From Mycobacteriaceae bacterium (lineage in GTDB: Bacteria > Actinomycetota > Actinomycetes > Mycobacteriales > Mycobacteriaceae), in assembly GCA_037138275.1 (NCBI GenBank), contig JBAXIR010000001.1, positions 9,916 through 73,915 on the forward strand: 64,000 nucleotides of DNA, written 5' to 3'. Under the pieces are notes generated by a model. It did not search any database. It had not been told where the DNA came from and worked only from the letters and a program-made list of their open reading frames with translations. This document shows, piece by piece, positions 1 to 9,465 of this stretch; position 1 is the first letter of the stretch, and every line of letters starts with the position of its first letter. Made by a program: the position numbers and the translations under genes.

Positions 1-687
1 GGCGCGCGCAGCACCCCGGTCACCGGGGCTGAAGGTCTGCAGATCGACACCCGGATGCACGATATCGATACGCCGCGGGTCGGCATGATGCAGTGAAACC
101 AGTTGGTGCGCTTCGTCTTCGGTGTTGACGATCAGACGATCCGCCTCGTCGACCACCTGCTGTTCACCCACCGCCCGCAGCGGCGGCTCCGGGGCGTCAC
201 CATCGGCCAGCGCGGCATTCTTCACCGCAGCGAGGGTATGTGCGGTGTGTACCAGAGGCACCGCCCAGCGATCGCGGGCCAGCCAGCCGACCTGACCGGA
301 TAGCCAGTAGTGCGAGTGCACCACGTCGTAGTACCCCGGTTCGTGATTGGCTTCGGCGCGCAACACACCCGCGGTGAAGGCACATAGTTGCGTCGGCAGG
401 TCGTACTTGTCGAGGCCTTCGAATGGACCCGCAGCCACGTTGCGAACCAACACGCCGGGAGCCACCGGAACCACGGACGGTTCAGCAGAGGACGTCGCCC
501 TGGTGAAGATCTCGACCTCGACACCGCGGCGCGCCATATGCAGCGCGCTCTGCAGGACGTAGACATTCATCCCGCCGGCGTCGCCGGTACCGGGTTGGGC
601 CAACGGTGAGGTGTGCACCGACAAGACCGCCACCCGCCGGGGCATGACGGCAACCGGCAGATCGGTCAGGTCCCGGGGTTGCCGCAC
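1..687 (-). CDS. mshA: D-inositol-3-phosphate glycosyltransferase MshA (5' part; runs off the window edge)
   Basis: Manual translation of the minus strand gives [26 protein letters not shown], the MshA N-terminal signature. GTG at 687 and ATG at 645 are in frame. Not in the ORF track because it is truncated. Confidence 0.93.
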   Translation of the reverse strand, partial: MRQPRDLTDLPVAVMPRRVAVLSVHTSPLAQPGTGDAGGMNVYVLQSALHMARRGVEVEIFTRATSSAEPSVVPVAPGVLVRNVAAGPFEGLDKYDLPTQLCAFTAGVLRAEANHEPGYYDVVHSHYWLSGQVGWLARDRWAVPLVHTAHTLAAVKNAALADGDAPEPPLRAVGEQQVVDEADRLIVNTEDEAHQLVSLHHADPRRIDIVHPGVDLQTFSPGDRGAARA

Positions 688-706
688 ACTCTCATCTTTA
701 CACCCG

Positions 707-1756
707 TCAGAGCGTGCAGCCGACGAGTACCGGTTCGGGCACCAGGGTCACCCCGAAGGCGGCGTGCACACCGTCGCGGATGACGCGCGCCAGTGCCAGT
801 ACGTCGGCGGTGGTCGCCCCGCCGCGGTTGGTCAACGCCAGCGCGTGTCTGGTGGACAACCGGCATGGCCCGGCGCCGGGGAATCCCCTGCCGAACCCGG
901 CCTGTTCCACCAGCCAGCCAGCCGCAAGTTTCACCCCGTCGAGCGCCGGGTAGTGCGGAACCGGGCCCTCGGCGGCGGCCTGCAGAGCCTCGAACCGCTC
1001 GCGGCCGACCACCGGATTGGTGAAGAACGATCCCACACTCCAGGTGTCGTGGTCCGCGGCGTCAATCACCATGCCCTTGGCTGAGCGCAATGCCAGCACC
1101 GTCTCGCGAACCCTGCCCGGCTCCGTCCGCTCCCCGACCGGCACACCGAGTGCGGCTGCGAGTTCGGGGTATCGCACCGGAGCCGAGCGGCCCGTTTCAT
1201 CGAGATCGAACTCGACCTCCAGCACGATCGCCTCCGCTGAGTTCTTCAGCACGCTGTGCCGGTAGCCGAATGCCAGTTCGGCTGCCGCGACCCAGCGCAC
1301 ATCGCCGGTGGGCCTATCCAGCAGCTTCACCCGCGTCATACGGTCGGCAACCTCGACTCCGTAGGCGCCGACGTTCTGCACCGGCGTCGCGCCCGTCGAG
1401 CCGGGAATGCCCGAAAGGCATTCCAGCCCACCAAGATTGGCCGTCACCGAGGTATGGACAACGTCGTCCCAATCGGCACCGGCCTCGGCGCGAAGCAGCC
1501 CGGCCGCCACGGTGACCTCGGAGCTTGCCAGCCGCACCACGGTGAGGTCGGTCAGGGTGTCGGCGATCACCACGTTGGAGCCGCCACCGAGCACCAGAAC
1601 GGCACTGTCGCGGCGGTCGAGTGTGCTTAGCGTGGTGACGATCTGGTCGGTGGTGACGCAGGTGATGACGCGGCGCGCAACCGGACCGACCCGCAGCGTG
1701 GTCAGCGGGGCCAGCGGAACGTCCGCCGCGACTTGCGCGCCGCCGAAATCCTCCAC
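707..1756 (-). CDS. murB: UDP-N-acetylenolpyruvoylglucosamine reductase
   Basis: Motifs [45 protein letters not shown]. Start moved to GTG 1756, which lies 7 nt after a TACGTT -10 and avoids overlap with the divergent gene. Confidence 0.95.
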   Translation of the reverse strand: MEDFGGAQVAADVPLAPLTTLRVGPVARRVITCVTTDQIVTTLSTLDRRDSAVLVLGGGSNVVIADTLTDLTVVRLASSEVTVAAGLLRAEAGADWDDVVHTSVTANLGGLECLSGIPGSTGATPVQNVGAYGVEVADRMTRVKLLDRPTGDVRWVAAAELAFGYRHSVLKNSAEAIVLEVEFDLDETGRSAPVRYPELAAALGVPVGERTEPGRVRETVLALRSAKGMVIDAADHDTWSVGSFFTNPVVGRERFEALQAAAEGPVPHYPALDGVKLAAGWLVEQAGFGRGFPGAGPCRLSTRHALALTNRGGATTADVLALARVIRDGVHAAFGVTLVPEPVLVGCTL

Positions 1757-1763
1757 GCCCGCT

Positions 1764-1773
1764 AACGTAGCCT
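1764..1773. promoter_or_regulatory. Overlapping divergent -10 hexamers (TACGTT on minus for murB, TAGCCT on plus for DUF2505 gene)
   Basis: Both match the mycobacterial SigA TANNNT consensus and lie 7-8 nt upstream of start codons. Confidence 0.6.
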
Positions 1774-1781
1774 CACCAGCT

Positions 1782-2288
1782 ATGCCGCGTTCATTCGACA
1801 TGGCCACCGATTACGACTGCAGCGTCGATCAGGTGCACCGCGTCCTACGTGACAAGAAGTACTGGCTGGCCCGACTGGCCGACTCCGGCGCCGACGAGGC
1901 ACGACTGGACGCGATCGACCTCCGGGCCGACGGCGGTGTCACCGTGGTGACCACCCAGGTGCTGCGGGCCGGCCAGTTACCCGCACTGGTCTCCCAGTTT
2001 CACCGCGGCGACCTCGTGATCCAGCGGGAGGAGAGGTGGGCCCCCGTGCTCGACGGCATAGCCAACGCCGTCATCACCGGAAGCATTTCCGGTGCCCCGG
2101 TCTCAGTAACGGGTCGTGGCGATTTAACACCCTCGGGGACCGGCGCCCGCTTGGCTTTTCACGCCGACGTCGCGGTGCGGGTGCCTCTGGTGGGCGGCAA
2201 GCTCGAGAAATTCATCGGCAACCAGTTGATCGAACTTCTCGAAGCCGAACAACGCTTCACCACCGGATGGATTGACGGGGACCGCTGA
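1782..2288 (+). CDS. DUF2505 family protein (Rv0481c-like)
   Basis: Begins [11 protein letters not shown]; the Rv0481c-like sequence and position next to murB match. Confidence 0.85.
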   Translation: MPRSFDMATDYDCSVDQVHRVLRDKKYWLARLADSGADEARLDAIDLRADGGVTVVTTQVLRAGQLPALVSQFHRGDLVIQREERWAPVLDGIANAVITGSISGAPVSVTGRGDLTPSGTGARLAFHADVAVRVPLVGGKLEKFIGNQLIELLEAEQRFTTGWIDGDR

Positions 2289-2309
2289 ACCCACCGGTAC
2301 CGTGACACC

Positions 2310-2825
2310 ATGTCCCGCAGCATGGTCTACGACGTCGACGTCGCCGTGCCGGCCGCGGTGATGTACCGGAACTTCACCGGTATCGACTATTGGCGCGACC
2401 TCGTCGACTTCTACCGGGAGAACGGGGCCCGCACCGAAATCGCACACTTCAGCACCGATGCCAGCGGAACCGACGTCTCGTTCTCCCACATCATGAGCGC
2501 CCAGGACCTGCCGGCGATCGCCCGTCCCGTGGTCCCGGCATCCTTCACCATCATCCGGGTGCAGCATTTCGACCCGTTCTGTGAAGCCACCAACCGGGCC
2601 GCCGGCCACTATCGGGCCGAGGTACCCGTGGCACCGGTCGAGGTGACCGGCGACTACATCCTGGCCGATACCGCCGCCGGCAGCCAGATGCGGCTGGAGA
2701 CCCGGTGCAAGGCGCGGGTGCCCATTATCGGCGGCCAGATCGAGCAACTGCTCGTCAACGGCCTGCGGATACTGTTCGCCAACGAGGGTGAGTTCACCGC
2801 CGACTGGATCGACAGTCATCGGTAG
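2310..2825 (+). CDS. DUF2505 family protein, second paralog
   Basis: Same architecture; C-terminus CKARVPIIGGQIEQLL parallels [16 protein letters not shown] of the first copy. Confidence 0.8.
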   Translation: MSRSMVYDVDVAVPAAVMYRNFTGIDYWRDLVDFYRENGARTEIAHFSTDASGTDVSFSHIMSAQDLPAIARPVVPASFTIIRVQHFDPFCEATNRAAGHYRAEVPVAPVEVTGDYILADTAAGSQMRLETRCKARVPIIGGQIEQLLVNGLRILFANEGEFTADWIDSHR

Positions 2826-2835
2826 CCCCGGGCGC

Positions 2836-2897
2836 CCGATTGGCGTGCCCACGCGTGGCACGACTCCACCGATTGGCGTGCCCACGCGTGGCACGAC
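2836..2897 (+). repeat. Tandem duplication, 29-bp exact core at 33-bp period, containing the palindrome CCACGCGTGG
   Basis: ccgattggcgtgcccacgcgtggcacgac at 2836-2864 and 2869-2897. Confidence 0.95.
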
Positions 2898-3648
2898 CGG
2901 CGCCAACCGGCTCCGGCGGGCTGATCGATGGCTGATGCACTCGACTCGAGTGCGCGCCGCTTTGCACTCCACCGAAGTGCCGGTGGTCGTCGACCTCGGA
3001 TACGGACGTGTCCCGGTGACCACACTCGAACTCGCCGCGCGGCTGCGTAGGGTGGCCCCGGCGGTGCGCGTCGTCGGACTCGAGATCGACCCCGAGCGGG
3101 TGGCCGCGGCCCGCGACGCCGCCACCGACGGCGTGGAGTTCGCACTCGGCGGTTTCGAGTTGGCGGGTCTTCGACCGGTGCTGGTTCGCGCGTTCAATGT
3201 GCTGCGGCAGTATCCGCAGGAGTCCGTCGCCCAGGCCTGGCAGACCATGGCGGCACAGCTCGCTCCGGGCGGACTGATTCTGGACGGCACCTGCGATGAG
3301 GTGGGCCGGCGCTGCTGCTGGGTATTGCTTGACCGCGAGGGACCGGTGAGTCTTACGCTGGCGTGTGATCCGCGTGCCATCGACGCACCGTCGGATCTCG
3401 CCGAACGGTTACCGAAAGTGCTTATCCACCAAAACGTTCCGGGCCAACCCATCCATACGTTACTCACTGCCGCCGACCGCGCCTGGGCAGCAGCGGCAGG
3501 CCAGTCGGTATTCGGTCCGCGCGCGCGGTGGCGGGCCATGCTGTCGGCGCTGATTGATGCCGGTGTTCCGGTGGAAGCACCGCGTCGCAGTCTGCGCGAT
3601 GCGGTGCTGACGGTGCCGTGGACCACCGTGGCTCCGCCGCGCAACTGA
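2845..3648 (+). CDS. Class I SAM-dependent methyltransferase
   Basis: N-terminal TRGTTGANRLRR motif and VVDLGYG SAM-binding motif. Start is uncertain (GTG 2845 or ATG 2788). Confidence 0.8.
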   Translation: MPTRGTTPPIGVPTRGTTGANRLRRADRWLMHSTRVRAALHSTEVPVVVDLGYGRVPVTTLELAARLRRVAPAVRVVGLEIDPERVAAARDAATDGVEFALGGFELAGLRPVLVRAFNVLRQYPQESVAQAWQTMAAQLAPGGLILDGTCDEVGRRCCWVLLDREGPVSLTLACDPRAIDAPSDLAERLPKVLIHQNVPGQPIHTLLTAADRAWAAAAGQSVFGPRARWRAMLSALIDAGVPVEAPRRSLRDAVLTVPWTTVAPPRN

Positions 3649-3693
3649 CCCGTGGCTCCGCTGACCCGTTGATCTGCGGTTAGGCTGACGGGC

Positions 3694-4515
3694 ATGCGGA
3701 TCGCGTGCGCGCAGATTCTGTCGGGCACCGAGCCGGCCGCGAACCTGACGCTGGTCGCCGACTACACCCGGCGTGCGGCTGACGCCGGAGCCCGATTGGT
3801 GATATTCCCGGAGGCAACGATGTGCCGGTTCGGGGTCCCGCTGGCACCGATCGCCGAACCGATCGACGGACGGTGGGCCGACGCCGTACGCGGACTCGCC
3901 GGCGATGCCGGGATCACGGTGTTCGCCGGAATGTTCACACCGACTGGCGACGGCCGGGTCACCAACACGCTGCTGGCCACCGGAGCGGGCGTCGAGGCCC
4001 GCTACGACAAGATCCACCTTTATGACGCCTTCGGATTCGCCGAGTCGGCGACCGTCGCGCCCGGCCGCACGCCCGTCGTCGTGACCATCGACGGTGTCGG
4101 AGTCGGGGTGACGCTGTGCTACGACATTCGCTTCCCCGGCCTCTACACCGAACTGGCCGACCAAGGTGCGAGCCTGATCACGGTCAGCGCGTCGTGGGGC
4201 GCCGGCCCGGGCAAGCTGGATCAGTGGACCCTGCTCGCACGAGCCCGGGCACTGGACGCGACCTGTTTCATCGCCGCAGCCGGGCAGGCCTACCCTGGCC
4301 CGGAGTTGGCGAGGGCCTCGAGCGCGCCGACCGGCGTCGGGGGCTCGCTGGTGGCATCGCCAGTGGGCGAGGTGATCGAATCCGGCGGCCCGGGACCGCA
4401 ACTCGTGGTCTGCGATATCGACGTCGACACCATCCCGGCGATCCGGGACACCCTGCCCGTCCTGCGTAACCGCTCAGAGTTCGCACAGCGGGATAGGGCA
4501 GAATCGCCCGGGTGA
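3694..4515 (+). CDS. Carbon-nitrogen hydrolase / nitrilase-family amidohydrolase (Rv0480c-like)
   Basis: Catalytic triad motifs FPE, YDKIHLYD and LCYDIRFP. Confidence 0.93.
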   Translation: MRIACAQILSGTEPAANLTLVADYTRRAADAGARLVIFPEATMCRFGVPLAPIAEPIDGRWADAVRGLAGDAGITVFAGMFTPTGDGRVTNTLLATGAGVEARYDKIHLYDAFGFAESATVAPGRTPVVVTIDGVGVGVTLCYDIRFPGLYTELADQGASLITVSASWGAGPGKLDQWTLLARARALDATCFIAAAGQAYPGPELARASSAPTGVGGSLVASPVGEVIESGGPGPQLVVCDIDVDTIPAIRDTLPVLRNRSEFAQRDRAESPG

Positions 4516-5351
4516 CGTACCCGCCGCAGGGCCCGCCCCCCGGCCCGCCGCCGCAGGGCCCACCGCCCGAGCCACCCCCGCAGCGGATCCCGCAGTCTTT
4601 TCCCGAACCGCCCGTGCAGCCGTCGCGGCGCGACCCGGTATCAACGATCCTGATCCTCGTCATCGTGGCGGCGGTGGCATTGGCCGGCCTGCTGGGTGCG
4701 GAGTTGTACGCCCGCCGTACGGCGAACTCAATCGTCGCCAAGGCAGTCAGTTGTGTGGTGCAGGACAGCGCGAGCGCTTCATTCGGACTGCGACCGTTCC
4801 TGATTCAGCACTTCACCCACTCCTATCGCGATATGTCTGTGGAGACCGCCGGAAACCAGATCCGCGAGGCCAAAGGCATGAAGCTCAACCTGCGCCTCGA
4901 CGATGTGCGGATCAACCCGACCGCCGATTCGGCGGGCACGTTGGGCGCACTCGACGCCGACGTGACATGGTCCGCCGAGGGCATCCAGCAGACCGCGCAG
5001 GGAGTGATTCCGCTCCTGGGCGGTCTGGTGAGCGGCGTAAGTACCGATCCGTCGGCCGGAACCCTCGAAATCCAGGCCGCGCTGGGCACCGTGACGGTGC
5101 AACCTCAGATCATCGACGGCGGCCTGGTTCTAGAGGCGGTGCAGGTGAGCGGGCTTGGTTTCACCCTGCCTCGGGAGAGCGTGCAACCCGCGCTGGACTT
5201 ATTCACCACCGCGCTGACCAAGAACCTGCCGATGGGCATCCACGCCGACACCGTCGCTGTCACCGACACCGGCGTGACGGCGCGGTTCGTCACCCGCGAC
5301 GCGACCATTCCCAACGGCCAGCAGGATCCCTGCTTTGCCGGAGTCGGCTAA
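4512..5351 (+). CDS. LmeA/DUF2993 family membrane-anchored protein (Rv0479c-like)
   Basis: Pro-rich N-terminus, single TM helix, GNQIREAKGM motif, synteny. Confidence 0.8.
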   Translation: MTYPPQGPPPGPPPQGPPPEPPPQRIPQSFPEPPVQPSRRDPVSTILILVIVAAVALAGLLGAELYARRTANSIVAKAVSCVVQDSASASFGLRPFLIQHFTHSYRDMSVETAGNQIREAKGMKLNLRLDDVRINPTADSAGTLGALDADVTWSAEGIQQTAQGVIPLLGGLVSGVSTDPSAGTLEIQAALGTVTVQPQIIDGGLVLEAVQVSGLGFTLPRESVQPALDLFTTALTKNLPMGIHADTVAVTDTGVTARFVTRDATIPNGQQDPCFAGVG

Positions 5352-5749
5352 AAAACCTCTTCGGTACCGCCGGGGTTACAGCCCGACAGCACCATCGCGT
5401 TGTCGTCGACGGCGGGCCGCCAGACTTCAAGGTTCCAACTGGTCTTGCCCGGCTCGGCGAGTTCGGCGAAGTTCCAGTGGCAGACGAACTGGGACCGCAT
5501 TCCGGCAGTATTCGCATCCGGAGCCACGGCCAGCACCTCCAGCCAAGCCTGCTCAGCCTGCTCACCCGTCTTGTCGAGTTGACGGGCAACTTGGCGGCCA
5601 ACTGTGGTCGGGTAGACGCGCAGGCTGGACAGGCCGCCGTAGCTCACCCAGGTGGCATGGTCGATGTAGGCCGGGACGCCGACATCGGCAGACGCCGCCG
5701 GTGCCACTGCGACCGCCAGACACAGCGCGGTGACCGGGAAGACGCGCAT
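5348..5749 (-). CDS. DUF2599 family secreted protein (Rv0477-like)
   Basis: Signal peptide; QFVCHW and SWNLEVWRP motifs. Confidence 0.85.
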   Translation of the reverse strand: MRVFPVTALCLAVAVAPAASADVGVPAYIDHATWVSYGGLSSLRVYPTTVGRQVARQLDKTGEQAEQAWLEVLAVAPDANTAGMRSQFVCHWNFAELAEPGKTSWNLEVWRPAVDDNAMVLSGCNPGGTEEVF

Positions 5750-5751
5750 GG

Positions 5752-6033
5752 TCAGCGCGACTTCCCCTGGACCTCAAGCAGTTTGGGTCGCACGTCGACC
5801 AGATAGACACCGGCGGCCACCGCCGCAATGACCATTCCGGTGACGCCGAGCACCCAGGACAGCAACCCCGCGATACCGAGGATCGCCAGCCAGGCCGGCT
5901 TGGTCAATTTATCCGCCGCAGGAAAGGCGTCCGTCCGCTGCATCGCGGCGTTGATGAATGCGTAGATCGTCGAGGCGAGAACCGCCCAGAACACCACATC
6001 AAGAACGGCACCCGCCACACCCTCAAGCCTCAC
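5752..6033 (-). CDS. DUF2516 family membrane protein (Rv0476-like)
   Basis: [14 protein letters not shown] and [13 protein letters not shown] motifs; lies downstream of hbhA. Confidence 0.9.
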   Translation of the reverse strand: MRLEGVAGAVLDVVFWAVLASTIYAFINAAMQRTDAFPAADKLTKPAWLAILGIAGLLSWVLGVTGMVIAAVAAGVYLVDVRPKLLEVQGKSR

Positions 6034-6093
6034 GGCTACAAGGGTAGGCGGATGCCGTCCCGATCGTCGAACCCGGTGGTTATTTTCGCGCGC

Positions 6094-6789
6094 TTACTTC
6101 TGGGTTACCCGCTTGGCCGGCGTGCGCCTGACGGCCTTCTTGACGGCCCGCTTGATGGCCTTCTTGGTCGGGGCCTTCTTGACGACCCTCTTCACGGGGG
6201 CCTTCTTGACGGCCTTCTTGACGGCTTTCTTGGTGGGAGCCTTCTTGACGACCCGCTTGGCGGGGGCCTTCTTAACGGCCTTCTTAACGGCCTTCTTGAC
6301 GGCCCTGGCCGGCGCCTTCTTGGCCGGCAGGTCAACGCCGACCAACTTCGCGGCGCGCTCGCCGACGGCCCGGGTCTGGGCCGACACGCTGCCCAGCGCG
6401 TCCTGGGTCAACTCGACAGCCTGGTCGACATAACCCTCGACACGGCCGGCGGCCTCTTTGAAGTCAGCCTGGCCCATCAACCGCTCGATGGCGGCCTCGC
6501 CACGCTCGATCAGGGAGTTGTAGGTCTCGGTCGCATCACCGCGGAACTCCTCGGCGGCGCGACGCAGTTCGTCGGGGCTGAGCCGGTCGCGAATGTCATC
6601 GGCATTCCGGGGAAGCCGTTCCTGCAACTTAGTCAGCGCGGCGCGACGGTCCTCGACTCGGTCGCCGGCGAACTCAGCCCGCTCGCGCAGCTTGAGCAGG
6701 ATCTCGTTGACGGTCGCCAGGGCGAGGTCGGCGGCGCCGACCGCGGCCAGCAGCGGGGCCTTGAGATCTTCGATGCTGTTGTCAGCCAT
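6094..6789 (-). CDS. hbhA: Heparin-binding haemagglutinin
   Basis: N-terminal [17 protein letters not shown], coiled-coil core, Lys/Ala/Pro tail ending VTQK. Confidence 0.92.
   Translation of the reverse strand: MADNSIEDLKAPLLAAVGAADLALATVNEILLKLRERAEFAGDRVEDRRAALTKLQERLPRNADDIRDRLSPDELRRAAEEFRGDATETYNSLIERGEAAIERLMGQADFKEAAGRVEGYVDQAVELTQDALGSVSAQTRAVGERAAKLVGVDLPAKKAPARAVKKAVKKAVKKAPAKRVVKKAPTKKAVKKAVKKAPVKRVVKKAPTKKAIKRAVKKAVRRTPAKRVTQK
6097..6325 (-). repeat. Coding repeats of the HbhA tail, including two 22-aa (66-bp) units
   Basis: [22 protein letters not shown] followed by [22 protein letters not shown]. Confidence 0.85.
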
Positions 6790-6847
6790 GGGAATTTCCT
6801 CTCGTGATGTGGTTGTGGTTGTGAATCTGATTGATGGTGGATCGATT

Positions 6848-7222
6848 TCAGAGATCGGTCTCGTTCTGCATTTGGAACGAGCTGTAGATATCCAGCAGCA
6901 CCCGTTTCTGCCGCTCGGTGATGCTCACGTCGCCGACGATGGCGTCATTGACCTGGCTCACCACACCGGGTTCAAGAATCCCGGCTCGAACGTAGAGGAC
7001 TTCCGCCGACAGCCGCAGTGCCTTCGCGATCTGGCTGAGCACCTCGGCGGACGGCTTTCGCAATCCGCGTTCGATCTGGCTGAGATACGGGTTGCTCACG
7101 CCGGCCCGCTCAGCCAACTGACGCACCGATACCTGGGCTGCTTCGCGTTGACTCTTGATGAAGCTGCCGAGATCCTGCGCGGACTTGCTCACCACGGCGG
7201 CAATATCTGAATCCTGTGCCAT
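6848..7222 (-). CDS. XRE-family HTH transcriptional regulator (Rv0474-like)
   Basis: [30 protein letters not shown]; directly upstream of hbhA. Confidence 0.92.
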   Translation of the reverse strand: MAQDSDIAAVVSKSAQDLGSFIKSQREAAQVSVRQLAERAGVSNPYLSQIERGLRKPSAEVLSQIAKALRLSAEVLYVRAGILEPGVVSQVNDAIVGDVSITERQKRVLLDIYSSFQMQNETDL

Positions 7223-7277
7223 GACTCGCCTCCTCGCAGGTATGCCTTCGATGCGTACAGGCACCACGATACCGGCT

Positions 7278-7299
7278 AGTGCTAACTATTGCAAGCACT
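7278..7299. promoter_or_regulatory. Inverted repeat AGTGCT-N10-AGCACT, candidate operator
   Basis: Dyad in the AT-richer region upstream of the XRE regulator. Confidence 0.4.
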
Positions 7300-7311
7300 T
7301 GCTAGCGCAGG

Positions 7312-8637
7312 TCAGAATAGGAATTTGGCTATCACGTAGATAATCAGGCCGGCGAGTGCGCCCACCACGGTGCCGTTGATCCGAATGAACTGTAGGTCGC
7401 GGCCGACGTGCAGTTCGATGCGGCGACTGGCCTCGTCGGCGTCCCAGCGTTCGATGGTGTCGGTGATGATCGCGGTCGCTTCGCCGCCGTACTGCTCGAC
7501 GATGTGGCGTGCTCCGCGCACGATCCAGTTGTCGACCTTGTCGCGCAACTCGGTGTCGTCGCGCAACGACTCACCGATACGCATTACGGAATCGGCGATC
7601 CGGCCGCGCAGTGCACTGGACGGATCGTCGACGCCGTCCAGCACCAGTCGCTTGAGCGTCTTCCATGCGGTTTCGGCCGCGCGGGTCACCTCGTCGCGGG
7701 CCATCAGTTGTTCCTTGATCGCGTCGGCGCGCGCGATAGTCGCCTCGTCGTTCTGCAGATCGTCGGCGAACTCGAACAGGAACTTCGTGGCCGAGCGACG
7801 CAACTCATGATCGGGGTCGCGACGTACCTTGTCGGTGAAGTCCATCAACTCGCGATGGATGCGATCGCCCACCATGTGATCGACGAACTTCGGCGACCAG
7901 GTGGGTGAGTCCCGGGTGACAACCCGCTCAATCGTGTCGCCGGCATTCAGCGACCATTCGAAGGCACGGTCGCACAGCAGTTGGATGAGCGCTTCCTGAC
8001 GGTTCTCGGCCAGCAGCTGTCCCAGCACCCGGCCCACCGGCGGACCCCACTGCGGCTCGGCGAGCCGTTTGACGATGGTCCGGTCGATGACCTGCTGGAT
8101 GTCCTCGTCGTTAAGTAACTCCACACCGACCCGCAGCACCGTGGACGCCTCGCTGGCGACCCGGGCGGCATGCTCGGGCTCGGAAAGCCACTTACCGAGC
8201 CGGCTGGCCACTTCGGCGTCGCGCAGCTTGGTCTCGATCACGTCCGGTGACAGGAAGTTCTCCCGCACGAAGGAACCCAGGCCCTCGCCGAGTTGGTCTT
8301 TCTTGCGCTTGATGATCGCCGTATGCGGAATCTTCAGACCCAGCGGATGACGGAAGAGTGCGGTGACGGCAAACCAGTCGGCCAGCGCACCGACCATGCC
8401 GGCCTCAGCCGCAGCACTCACGTAGCCCAGCCAGTCCGGACCGCCCCGGGCCGCGCCCCAACGGCAGGCCAGGAAGATCACCGTGGCTCCGATCAGGAAG
8501 CCCAGCGCCACCGCCTTCATCTGACGCAGGCTGCGAAGCCGTTCGGCGTCGGCCTCCGGATCCGCCCCGGCGAAGGATTCAGCAAAGGAGGTACCGGTCG
8601 ATGCCAGAACGTCCGGAAGGCGATGATTAGCGGCCAC
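7312..8637 (-). CDS. DUF445 family membrane protein (Rv0473-like)
   Basis: AGMVGALADWFAVTALFRHPLG and GRDLQFIRINGTVVG motifs. Start approximate (GTG 8637 or ATG 8652). Confidence 0.92.
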   Translation of the reverse strand: MAANHRLPDVLASTGTSFAESFAGADPEADAERLRSLRQMKAVALGFLIGATVIFLACRWGAARGGPDWLGYVSAAAEAGMVGALADWFAVTALFRHPLGLKIPHTAIIKRKKDQLGEGLGSFVRENFLSPDVIETKLRDAEVASRLGKWLSEPEHAARVASEASTVLRVGVELLNDEDIQQVIDRTIVKRLAEPQWGPPVGRVLGQLLAENRQEALIQLLCDRAFEWSLNAGDTIERVVTRDSPTWSPKFVDHMVGDRIHRELMDFTDKVRRDPDHELRRSATKFLFEFADDLQNDEATIARADAIKEQLMARDEVTRAAETAWKTLKRLVLDGVDDPSSALRGRIADSVMRIGESLRDDTELRDKVDNWIVRGARHIVEQYGGEATAIITDTIERWDADEASRRIELHVGRDLQFIRINGTVVGALAGLIIYVIAKFLF

Positions 8638-8716
8638 GCCACCATCATCCATGGCCGACGGTCGCACGTCAGGCGACCCCGGACCGTTTGCCCGTAGACT
8701 CCCCGTTGGAGATGGT

Positions 8717-9448
8717 ATGGACCCGACGATCGTGATACCGAACACCGGCCCCGGCGTGGTCAAGACAGACGGGCGCAAGCGCCGCTGGCACCGGCACAAG
8801 GTGGAACGGCGCACCGAACTGGTCGACGGGGCCCTGGATGCCATTCGCCGTCGTGGCCGCGATATCAGCATGGACGAGGTGGCTGCCGACATCGGCGTGT
8901 CCAAGACTGTCCTCTACCGGTACTTCGTCGACAAGAACGACCTGACCACAGCCGTCATGATGCGGTTCGCCCAGACCACGCTGATCCCCAACCTGGCCGC
9001 CGCGCTGTCCACCGACCTCGACGGCTACGACCTGACCCACGAAATCATCCGGGCCTACGTCGAGACCGTCGCAGCCGAGCCGGAGCCCTACCGATTCGTG
9101 ATGGCGAGCGGCTCAGCGAGCAAGAACAAAGTCATCGCTGATTCCGAGCAGATCATCGCCCGGATGCTGGCCCTGGTGTTACGCAAACGGATGCAGATGG
9201 TCGGCATGGACACCCACGGGGTGGAGCCCTGGGCCTTCATGATCGTCGGCGGCGTGCAGTTGGCCACGCATTCCTGGATGTCGCACCCACGGATGAGCAC
9301 CGAGGAGCTCATCGGCTACCTGACGATGATGTGCTGGAGTTCGCTGTGCGGCATCGTCGAAGCGGGCGGATCGCTGGCGAAGTTCACCTCCGACCCGCAT
9401 CCCTCCCCGATCGTGCCGTCGGTATTGCCGCCCACCCCGGGGGTGTAA
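8717..9448 (+). CDS. TetR/AcrR family regulator (Rv0472c-like)
   Basis: ISMDEVAADIGVSKTVLYRYF HTH. Start approximate. Confidence 0.92.
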   Translation: MDPTIVIPNTGPGVVKTDGRKRRWHRHKVERRTELVDGALDAIRRRGRDISMDEVAADIGVSKTVLYRYFVDKNDLTTAVMMRFAQTTLIPNLAAALSTDLDGYDLTHEIIRAYVETVAAEPEPYRFVMASGSASKNKVIADSEQIIARMLALVLRKRMQMVGMDTHGVEPWAFMIVGGVQLATHSWMSHPRMSTEELIGYLTMMCWSSLCGIVEAGGSLAKFTSDPHPSPIVPSVLPPTPGV

Positions 9449-9465
9449 TCCCCTAGTCTTCGGCT

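Noticed and set aside
2836-2897. Palindromic ~30-bp direct repeats as a mini CRISPR array
   Set aside because: Only two copies, a 4-bp spacer, in frame within a CDS, and no cas genes.
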